In this document: piece by piece, positions 56,984 through 64,000 of the stretch
Layout: the number at the start of each line of letters is the position of its first letter
Position numbering within the stretch: the stretch's first letter is position 1
DNA from: Candidatus Latescibacterota bacterium
Lineage (GTDB): Bacteria; Latescibacterota; UBA2968; GCA-2709665
Assembly: GCA_965248435.1 (NCBI GenBank)
Contig: OZ252100.1
Location: 4,064,001 to 4,128,000 of the forward strand
Direction of reading: 5' to 3'
DNA: 64,000 bases
Notes under the pieces: model-generated
What the model was told of the DNA's origin: nothing
What the model saw: the letters and a program-made list of their open reading frames with translations, nothing else
Database searches by the model: none
Program-made: the position numbers and the translations under genes

Positions 56984-57832
56984 ATGGATGCTGAGCTTGC
57001 CAGACAGTGGAAGGAGAAGGGGTATCTGGTCGTGCGCGGGGTATATGACGCGGAGCGCACGGCGTTGTTGGGCGATATCTGTGAACGCCTCCTGGCGGAA
57101 TGGCGACGGGAAAATCCCCAGACCGGGTTGCCGGGCGGAGACCGCGATGCGATCGTGATGCGCCATCTGAATCACCCCGCCTATTTCAGCAAGGGGGAAG
57201 CGGGATTTCCCGAGGTGATGGACGCCGTCGCCGACGACAGGGTGCTCGAGATTTGCCGCTCGATCCTGGGGCAGGAGCCGCTGTTTCGCTGCACCAGCCT
57301 CTTTATGAATCCGCTCGACACGAGCGACGACGGCAATTGGCACCGGGATACGCAGCACACGTACCCGGACGAGGAAGAAGAGAAGAAGGTGATCGCCAAC
57401 TCGGGTAGAGAAGGCACTGGCGTGCAATTACAGGTGGCTCTGATATCCAGCGACGCCCTGGAGTACGTGCCGGGGTCGCACAAGAGGTGGGACACGCCGG
57501 AGGAGTACGCCATCCGGCGGGCGGACGGCATGGCCAACAACCGGGCCAACACGATGCCCGGGGCCGTGCGCATCGCCCTGGAGCCGGGGGACGCCGCGGC
57601 GTTCAACTCCCACGGGCTGCACCGCGGGCGTCGCCACACCGACATCCCGCGGCGCACGCTGATGTTGACGTATACCGAGACATCCAGGGAGGTGTTCGAC
57701 AAGTACTCGAATCAGCCCTGGTTCGATACGCCGGGGTATCTGGATGGACTGAAGCCGGAGACGCAGGCGTTCTTCGAGTCGTTCGTGGCTGCATACGGCG
57801 AGCAGTGGGTCCGGAAGGTTGAAGCGAGATAG
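56984..57832 (+). CDS. PhyH family dioxygenase
   Basis: W.EKGYLV, WHRD, VPGSH and LHRG...RRTL motifs. Confidence 0.87.
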   Translation: MDAELARQWKEKGYLVVRGVYDAERTALLGDICERLLAEWRRENPQTGLPGGDRDAIVMRHLNHPAYFSKGEAGFPEVMDAVADDRVLEICRSILGQEPLFRCTSLFMNPLDTSDDGNWHRDTQHTYPDEEEEKKVIANSGREGTGVQLQVALISSDALEYVPGSHKRWDTPEEYAIRRADGMANNRANTMPGAVRIALEPGDAAAFNSHGLHRGRRHTDIPRRTLMLTYTETSREVFDKYSNQPWFDTPGYLDGLKPETQAFFESFVAAYGEQWVRKVEAR

Positions 57833-57859
57833 GATATCTCTCGTCCAAGAAGGAGGCTC

Positions 57860-58846
57860 GTGATTTCTGAGAACGGCTGGATGCCCTACTTAAATGAGGC
57901 CGTGAGAGAGATGTTGGAGGCGGTGCGTCACGGTGATCTTCGAGCCGTTCGGGAGATTCTTGATGACGATCCTTCGGCGGCGAATGCGAACTGGGTAGGG
58001 GGCTACTCACTCCCCGATTACCCGAACTTTCAGAACGAATGTGTACCGCTATTCGTGACCTGCCAGGGTGTCTTTGACGGAACGAATCGAAAAGGGAACG
58101 AGTACGAAATCGCCAGGGCCTTGATCGACGCAGGCGCTGATATACACGTCAACGAGGACGCGCTCTTGTCCAGCGCCGCCGCGAGTCTGGGCGCCATGGG
58201 CGTCGCCCGGGCGCTTCTCGAGGCCGGCGCTCCGATCGACGGCCCGCAAGACGGCAGGCGTGAAGAACCTCTGTGCGCTGCACTTTTTTTTGGGTTTACC
58301 GAGTTGAGTGAGTATCTCGCGAGTCAGGGTGCCATGTTGGACATGCGGTTCGCTGCCGGTTTGGGACAGCTCGAGAAAGTGAAAAGCTACTTCAATGACG
58401 ATGGCAGCCTGAAGCCGGGCGCAGGTGAGTTGTCGATGATGTTCTGGGATCTGCACGGTCCAGTCGGGCACGTTGAAAGGACGCGCGAAGTCATTTTGCG
58501 CCAGGCCATGCTGTTCGCGAGCCTGCACGCCCGGCACGACGTGATCGACTACCTGCTGGCACAGGGCGCAGACATCAACGCGTTGGTCCTGGAAACGGAC
58601 GTCGACGCGACCTGTTTGCACCGCGTATGTAGTTACACGCCTGGCAAGACAGACAGTGTTGAAGCCGTCGAGGCGCGGCGGGTACACACCGTGAAGTTCC
58701 TGCTCGACCGCGGTGCCGATGTAACGGTCGTCGATGGAACACACGGGGCCACGGCGGAACAGTGGGCAGAGCGAGCCGGATTCAAAGAAGCTGCGGCCCA
58801 GCTGAGCGAATACGAAACAAAACATCTAAGCGAAAAAGACTCCTAG
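57860..58846 (+). CDS. Ankyrin repeat protein
   Basis: Repeated L..AGADI/AP units and TCLH...LL.RGAD; AAGGAGG RBS. Confidence 0.82.
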   Translation: MISENGWMPYLNEAVREMLEAVRHGDLRAVREILDDDPSAANANWVGGYSLPDYPNFQNECVPLFVTCQGVFDGTNRKGNEYEIARALIDAGADIHVNEDALLSSAAASLGAMGVARALLEAGAPIDGPQDGRREEPLCAALFFGFTELSEYLASQGAMLDMRFAAGLGQLEKVKSYFNDDGSLKPGAGELSMMFWDLHGPVGHVERTREVILRQAMLFASLHARHDVIDYLLAQGADINALVLETDVDATCLHRVCSYTPGKTDSVEAVEARRVHTVKFLLDRGADVTVVDGTHGATAEQWAERAGFKEAAAQLSEYETKHLSEKDS

Positions 58847-59620
58847 ATGCTGACCTATGAGCAACGTGAGGCGTTTGACGAGTGTGGATTCGTGCGGATT
58901 TCCGGTGCGTTCACACCTGAACAAGCCGCCGCTATGGAAGAGCAAGTGTGGTCAGTCCTTGCCCGTAAATCCGGGGTGGAGAGGGAGGATTCCTCAACAT
59001 GGGTAACAGGACCCGTCCACCGCCTCCAGCATCTCAGAGGACGTGCAGCATTCAAGGCCATCGGGGGTGACGTCACACGCGCGGTTCTCGATGACCTTCT
59101 CGGCCCCGATCAATGGGAAACACCAAAGCATTGGGGGCAGTTTCTGGTCTCGTTCCCGGAAGCGGGCCGCGTCTGGAATGTGCCGACGGGCTGGCACAGC
59201 GACCATAGCTTTCGGAAGCCAACCGAAACGCTGTTTGGGGCAATGCTGTTCAGCTTTATGGCCGACGTCGCGCCCCGAAGCGGAGGGACCACAGTAATGG
59301 CGGGATCTCATCGGGTGGTCCGGCGATTCGCGGAGACGCACCCCAGCGAGATTCTCGCTAAGAACAGGGAGTGTCGTCTCGCCTTCGAGCACAGCGACCC
59401 ATGGCTAAGCGCGCTTGTGTCCGATGAGGAGGATCCCAACAGGGTGGAGCGGTTCATGGAGAAGGAACACGACCTGGGTGGCATCACGGTGCGCGTGACA
59501 GAGCTCACGGGACAGCCAGGCGATATCATCTTCGGGCACCCGTGGCTGCTGCATGCCGGAGCCCTAAACTGCGGAGTGCACCCAAAGTTCATGCTCGTGC
59601 AGAGGATCAGCAGCAAGTGA
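58847..59620 (+). CDS. PhyH family dioxygenase
   Basis: LT.EQ..F...GFV, WHSD, GGT..AGSH and G.PGD....HPWLLH motifs. Confidence 0.87.
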   Translation: MLTYEQREAFDECGFVRISGAFTPEQAAAMEEQVWSVLARKSGVEREDSSTWVTGPVHRLQHLRGRAAFKAIGGDVTRAVLDDLLGPDQWETPKHWGQFLVSFPEAGRVWNVPTGWHSDHSFRKPTETLFGAMLFSFMADVAPRSGGTTVMAGSHRVVRRFAETHPSEILAKNRECRLAFEHSDPWLSALVSDEEDPNRVERFMEKEHDLGGITVRVTELTGQPGDIIFGHPWLLHAGALNCGVHPKFMLVQRISSK

Positions 59621-59644
59621 TCAACGGTTAAGAAGGAGATAGCG

Positions 59645-60463
59645 ATGGACCTAAGCAACAAGGTCGCGCTGGTGACCGGGGCCGGCAGCGGGATCGGCCG
59701 GGCATCAGCCCTGGCGATGGCGGCAGCGGGGGCTGGCATCGTCGTGAACGACGTGAACGGCGACAGCGCCGCTTCGGTGACGAAAGAGATTCAGGATGCG
59801 GGTGGGCGGGCGCTGGCCAAGGTTGCGAGCGTGGCCGACTACGAGGCCGTGGAGCGAATGGTGAACGAGGCCTCGGAGGAGCTCGGGGCGATCGACATCC
59901 TGGTGAACAACGCCGGGATCTTCATCCGCCACGACGGCGATTTCAGCACGATGCCCCTGGAGACGTGGCACGGTATCCTGGAGGTGAACCTGCACGGCGT
60001 GTTTCACTGCACCCGGGCGGTTCTGCGCCACATGATTCCTCGAAAAGCAGGCGGCAAGATCGTGAACATCAGCTCGATCCTGGCACGGACCGCGCACTTC
60101 GAGGCCTCCTCCTATCACGTGTCGAAGGGGGGCATCGAATCGCTGACCCGCTGCCTGGCCGTGGACCTGGCGCCGCACAAGATCAACGTAAACGCGATCG
60201 GGCCGGGCGGCATCGCGACCGAGGGACTGGGCAGCTCGATGCCCGACGAGGTCATCCAGGCCTACCGCCAGCGCATTCCGTGGGGCGCCCGGGGCCGCCC
60301 GAAGGACATCGGGAACGTGGTGGCCTTTCTGGCTTCGGAAGAGGCGGGCTACATCACGGGACAGGTCGTCTACGTGGACGGGGGCTACCTGGCGGACAGC
60401 ACGCCGGAGGGCATTCAGACCTACGATCATCCTGTTCCGCCGGATGATCCGGACGCGGAGTAG
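59645..60463 (+). CDS. Short-chain dehydrogenase/reductase (FabG-like)
   Basis: TGAGSGIG, NNAG, YHVSK and VDGG motifs. Confidence 0.93.
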   Translation: MDLSNKVALVTGAGSGIGRASALAMAAAGAGIVVNDVNGDSAASVTKEIQDAGGRALAKVASVADYEAVERMVNEASEELGAIDILVNNAGIFIRHDGDFSTMPLETWHGILEVNLHGVFHCTRAVLRHMIPRKAGGKIVNISSILARTAHFEASSYHVSKGGIESLTRCLAVDLAPHKINVNAIGPGGIATEGLGSSMPDEVIQAYRQRIPWGARGRPKDIGNVVAFLASEEAGYITGQVVYVDGGYLADSTPEGIQTYDHPVPPDDPDAE

Positions 60464-60522
60464 AAAACCCCGGGGAGATTGCGGATTGCGGATTTGGGAT
60501 TGCGGATTTACAAGGAGCAGCC

Positions 60523-60894
60523 ATGTCGCACACCCACAGCACGATTCGAGATGGGAAGCGGTTTGTCTGGGATACGGAGAGGCTCTGGTCCTTGTCCGCT
60601 TCGTTTCCCCCATTCGAAATCGAGGTGGATTCGATTCGGGAGCTGGACGCCGATTGCTGGTTCGAGGGGAAAGTGCCGACGTTGAGGGAGGTTGCGAAAC
60701 ACTGCGAGCGGATCAACGCGGCGCCCACCGATCGACCCATCATCCTCAATGATGACGGATCCCTGATGGATGGCGGCCATCGCCTGTGCAGAGCGCTGAT
60801 CAAGGGACGTAAGACGGTCTTGGCCGTTCAGTTTCCTGAGATGCCGGAACCGGATGAGATACGGGAGCTGGAAACAAAAGGGTGTGAAGAATGA
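60523..60894 (+). CDS. Small ParB/Srx-like nuclease-domain protein
   Basis: PIIL..DG.LMDG.HRL.RA...G ParB-N motif; AAGGAG RBS. Confidence 0.75.
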   Translation: MSHTHSTIRDGKRFVWDTERLWSLSASFPPFEIEVDSIRELDADCWFEGKVPTLREVAKHCERINAAPTDRPIILNDDGSLMDGGHRLCRALIKGRKTVLAVQFPEMPEPDEIRELETKGCEE

Positions 60895-61268
60895 ACGATT
60901 ACGAGAGGGGATACGCGCAGTTCGCCCAAATGGTGGGTGAAGACAAGATCGAGGGATTGGTCGCCCGATTCAAGTCGGTCTGCCCCGATTTCGAGAAGGA
61001 AGTGGTCTCGGTCATAGGCGGCAGGATCTGGACCCGCGGCGTGATCGACCTGAAGACGAGGTCGTTGTGCAGCATCTGTGTGCTGGCGAGTCTGGGGCGG
61101 GATCAGGCGCTCGGACTGAACTATCGGATGGCGATCAACAATGGGGCCCGGATCGATGAGATCTTCGAAGCGATCTTTCAGGTGGCTGCCTATGCCGGTT
61201 TCCCCGCGGCGTGGGACGCGCTGGTCAAACTGGAAACGGTGTTGAAAGAGATGGATGGGGAGAATTGA
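60891..61268 (+). CDS. Carboxymuconolactone decarboxylase family protein
   Basis: G.IW.R..D.KTRSL, A..NG...EI.E and YAGFPA motifs. Confidence 0.88.
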   Translation: MNDYERGYAQFAQMVGEDKIEGLVARFKSVCPDFEKEVVSVIGGRIWTRGVIDLKTRSLCSICVLASLGRDQALGLNYRMAINNGARIDEIFEAIFQVAAYAGFPAAWDALVKLETVLKEMDGEN

Positions 61269-61305
61269 TCGCGGACGATTCTGATCCAAGAGATACATGA
61301 AAGCG

Positions 61306-61343
61306 ACCCCGTCCTGATCCAATTCGATCAGAACGGGGTTTTT
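61306..61343 (+). terminator. Intrinsic terminator
   Basis: ACCCCGTCCTGATC-CAATTC-GATCAGAACGGGGT followed by TTTT. Confidence 0.7.
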
Positions 61344-61422
61344 GTTTCTGACACGCGAATGGGCGCCGTCCTTCCGGACAACGCCCATTGCAACTCACAA
61401 ATGTCTTTACGATGGCAGCTGG

Positions 61423-61623
61423 TTATCGCCTCGTTACATTCTGAGCCTGGAGCCCCTTGGGGCCCTGAGCGATCTCGAATTCAACCTGATCGCCATCTGC
61501 CAACGACTTGAATCCATCGCCCGAGATTGCGGAAAAATGAACAAACACATCTTCACCACCATCATGCTCGATAAACCCGAAGCCCTTGCTGTCGTTAAAC
61601 CACTTCACGGTTCCTTCTGGCAA
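61423..61623 (-). CDS. cspA: Cold-shock protein, copy 1
   Basis: RNP1 KGFGFI and RNP2 VFVHF; 66 aa; TTG start. Confidence 0.95.
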   Translation of the reverse strand: MPEGTVKWFNDSKGFGFIEHDGGEDVFVHFSAISGDGFKSLADGDQVEFEIAQGPKGLQAQNVTRR

Positions 61624-61686
61624 CTGTCTTCACCACCTTCCTACTTTTAACTCTGTACCACACCCAGACAAGGACGATAGAGCATG

Positions 61687-61722
61687 AAAAAAGGCAAGAA
61701 TCGAAACCTTCTGATCCTTGCC
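61687..61722 (-). promoter_or_regulatory. Terminator-like hairpin in the csp leader
   Basis: Minus strand GGCAAGGATC-AGAAGGTTTC-GATTCTTGCC-TTTTTT. Confidence 0.65.
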
Positions 61723-61787
61723 ACACCGTTCTTTCTCAGGTCGAATGTACAGGACACAGAAACTATAAACCTTTCGCTTCAGGGGAC

Positions 61788-61816
61788 AAGATATAGTATT
61801 CAAGGCCGGATGTCAA
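61788..61816 (-). promoter_or_regulatory. Sigma70 promoter, csp copy 1
   Basis: TTGACA-17-TATCTT on the minus strand. Confidence 0.7.
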
Positions 61817-61963
61817 GGTCCAGGGTCGAAAAGATGATAAGGCGTGGTTCAATCTCGGATTGCGGATTTGGGATTGAGGAATGAAAGGCAAAACGCGAAT
61901 GGGCGCCGTCCTGTTCGGATGACGCCCATTACAACTCATAAGTGTCTTTACGATGGCCGCTGG

Positions 61964-62164
61964 TTATCGCCTCGTTACATTCTGAGCCTGGAGCCCCTTG
62001 GGGCCCTGAGCGATCTCGAATTCAACTTGATCGCCCTCTGCCAAAGACTTGAATCCGTCTCCCTGGATCGCGGAAAAATGAACGAATACGTCCTCGCCCC
62101 CGTCCTGCTCGATAAATCCGAAGCCCTTGCTGTCGTTAAACCACTTCACTGTTCCTTCTGGCAA
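61964..62164 (-). CDS. cspA: Cold-shock protein, copy 2
   Basis: 66 aa; three substitutions relative to copy 1; TTG start. Confidence 0.95.
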   Translation of the reverse strand: MPEGTVKWFNDSKGFGFIEQDGGEDVFVHFSAIQGDGFKSLAEGDQVEFEIAQGPKGLQAQNVTRR

Positions 62165-62228
62165 CTGTCTTCACCACCTTTCTACGTTTACCTCTGCAGT
62201 TGCGCCCCAGATAAGGACGATGGGAAAT

Positions 62229-62265
62229 AAAAAAAGGCAAGAATCGAAACCGTCTGATCCTTGCC
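62229..62265 (-). promoter_or_regulatory. Terminator-like hairpin in the csp leader
   Basis: Minus strand GGCAAGGATC-AGACGGTTTC-GATTCTTGCC-TTTTTTT. Confidence 0.65.
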
Positions 62266-62343
62266 ATAGCGTCTCTCCCAAACCGTCTTCTCTCAGGTCG
62301 ATCGTACAGGATACAGAATCTACCACTTTTCAATTCAATGAAT

Positions 62344-62372
62344 AAGATAACCTATTCATTTCGGGAAGTCAA
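62344..62372 (-). promoter_or_regulatory. Sigma70 promoter, csp copy 2
   Basis: TTGACT-17-TATCTT on the minus strand. Confidence 0.68.
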
Positions 62373-62466
62373 GTGCCAGAATCAGCCCTTCTGATCGGGA
62401 GTTCATCCTCAGAAACGGTGCCAGTCGGGAGGTTTTTCACTATTACAGGGATCCCTTCGGGCCCAA

Positions 62467-63240
62467 TTACTTGGCCGTCCAGCCGCCGTCTACGGCCATC
62501 GCGTGTCCGGTCACGAAGGAGGCGGCGTCCGAGCAGAGCCAGACCACGGCTTCGGCGATCTCCTCCGGCTCGGCGACCCGGCCGATCGGTTCGAAGGCGT
62601 CGATTCTGGCTTTCCGCTCGGCCTCCGGCAATTTGAATAGCGTGATGTTGGGGGTGCGGGTAAAGCCGGGGCAGACGGCGTTGACGCGGATGCCCTGGCG
62701 GGCGTTCTCGAGGGCGGCGGTCTTGGTAAGGCCTACGACGCCGTGTTTGCTCGCGACGTAGCCAGCCCAGTTCTCTACGCCGACCAGACCGGCGACCGAG
62801 GAATTGTTGACGATGCTGCCGCCACCCTGGGCCAGCATTTGGGGAATCTCGTACTTCATACACAGCCAGACTCCCTTGAGGTTGACGGCCATGATCCGGT
62901 CCCAGTTGGCTTCGGGATAGTCGGTGATGGGCGTCAGGGCTCCGCGGTGGGCGTTGAGGTCTCCGGCGTTGTTGAATCCGCAGTCCAGCCGGCCCCACTT
63001 CTCGACCGTGCGGGCGACCATGACCTCGACCTGGTCGGCCTTCGAAACGTCCGTCTGGACGAAGAGGGCCTGGCTCCCGGCGTCTTCGACCATTTGCGCG
63101 GTCTCCTCGCCGCCGGCTACGTCGATGTCGGCGACGGAGACAAGGGCGCCCTCACGGGCGAAAGTCAGCGCGGCGGCCCGTCCGATGCCGGAACCCCCAC
63201 CCGTGATCACGACGACTTTACCTTCCAGATGAGCCGGCAC
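62467..63240 (-). CDS. Short-chain dehydrogenase/reductase (glucose 1-dehydrogenase-like)
   Basis: TGGGSGIG, FNNAG, YVASK and VDGG motifs. Confidence 0.93.
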   Translation of the reverse strand: MPAHLEGKVVVITGGGSGIGRAAALTFAREGALVSVADIDVAGGEETAQMVEDAGSQALFVQTDVSKADQVEVMVARTVEKWGRLDCGFNNAGDLNAHRGALTPITDYPEANWDRIMAVNLKGVWLCMKYEIPQMLAQGGGSIVNNSSVAGLVGVENWAGYVASKHGVVGLTKTAALENARQGIRVNAVCPGFTRTPNITLFKLPEAERKARIDAFEPIGRVAEPEEIAEAVVWLCSDAASFVTGHAMAVDGGWTAK

Positions 63241-63249
63241 GTGGCTTCC

Positions 63250-63657
63250 TCACTTACGGTTACGTTTCCGAATGACGAGCTTGAGTCCAGACCAGGTCTC
63301 GTCCACCGCGCAGACTTTCACGTCGACCAGGCCGAGCGGCAGCGCGAGCTCTCGGATCGTGTCCTCCGTGACATCGGATTCTACGCGTGATGATTTCTTC
63401 GGCCAGGAGACCCAGATCATGCCGTCCTGCCTGATCTGCGACATGCAGCTCCGGAGCTGCTTCGAGAGTTCCGAGCGCGACTTCGTGAAGAGGTGAAAGA
63501 GGTCGATCTCATCGCGGAATCGGGTGGAGATCGATGTCTCATCCGGCAGGGGGCCCAGAAGCGCCGGGTAGTTCTTCGGCGCGTTCTTCGCCTTGATTCG
63601 GAAGCCCGGTTTGATCCCGAGTTTCACTGCCAGTGGTGTTCCTGAATAGCCCGCCAC
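63250..63657 (-). CDS. DUF3052 family protein
   Basis: AGYSGTPL..KLGIK, WVSWPKK and GLVDVKVCA.D..WS.LK motifs. Confidence 0.88.
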   Translation of the reverse strand: MAGYSGTPLAVKLGIKPGFRIKAKNAPKNYPALLGPLPDETSISTRFRDEIDLFHLFTKSRSELSKQLRSCMSQIRQDGMIWVSWPKKSSRVESDVTEDTIRELALPLGLVDVKVCAVDETWSGLKLVIRKRNRK

Positions 63658-63669
63658 TTCACTCCTCTC

Positions 63670-63999
63670 TCAGTCGATTTCCCTCATCCGGCAGCAGCGC
63701 ACGTAGGTGACGTGCTCTTCGGTCACGTAGTAGGCCACGGCGATCGTCCCGTCCGACAGCTGGGTGACCGACGGCGTCCCGAAGGTGAAGAAGTGATAGG
63801 CATCGAGCGCGTCTTCGACCTGGTCCCTCCGTTTGGCGAGCACGGGCGCGCTGCGCACCGTGGCCGGCTCGACGCCCCAGAGCTCGACGTGATCCGCTTC
63901 GGCAAAGTGCCCGCCGCCGTCCTCCGACAGCGCCGCGCGGATCCCCATAGGCTCACGGCGGTGATTGGTGACGGCGATGACCCTGCCGCTCCGAAGACC
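63670..63999 (-). CDS. C-terminal part of a sialidase/BNR beta-propeller protein, 5' end beyond the window
   Basis: Frame is open to the window edge; GIRAALSEDGG Asp-box and FG.P...L.DG.I.V.YY motifs. Confidence 0.75.
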   Translation of the reverse strand, partial: GLRSGRVIAVTNHRREPMGIRAALSEDGGGHFAEADHVELWGVEPATVRSAPVLAKRRDQVEDALDAYHFFTFGTPSVTQLSDGTIAVAYYVTEEHVTYVRCCRMREID

Positions 64000-64000
64000 G

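Overview
GC-rich bacterial chromosomal segment, probably from an uncultured heterotroph (inference from the many PhyH dioxygenases, amidohydrolases, SDRs, M24 peptidases and DHDPS-like lyases; the taxon cannot be fixed from sequence alone). It holds about 65 genes or gene remnants, with no rRNA, tRNA or CRISPR array seen. All product calls come from motifs read by eye, not database searches. Main points: (1) About 34.7-47.7 kb looks like a decayed integron-cassette array with 8 attC-like sites and no integrase in the window. It contains a MenA1/MenT1-like toxin-antitoxin pair and a single-gene PLD-nuclease/P-loop ATPase fusion, a candidate anti-phage gene. (2) Two orphan flagellar-derived domains occur with no flagellar operon: a secreted stand-alone FliF-C-like protein and a degenerate GNAT fused to a FliM-middle-like domain. 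(3) A frameshifted IS30 with an ATT target duplication splits an otherwise in-frame 234-aa gene. (4) Several intergenic repeat families are present, including a 165-167 bp three-block palindromic element with two fixed-length unique spacers, 22-bp tandem arrays flanking one SDR gene, and a 55-100 bp hairpin element confined to the cassette region. (5) Duplicated cold-shock genes share a promoter and a leader terminator hairpin.
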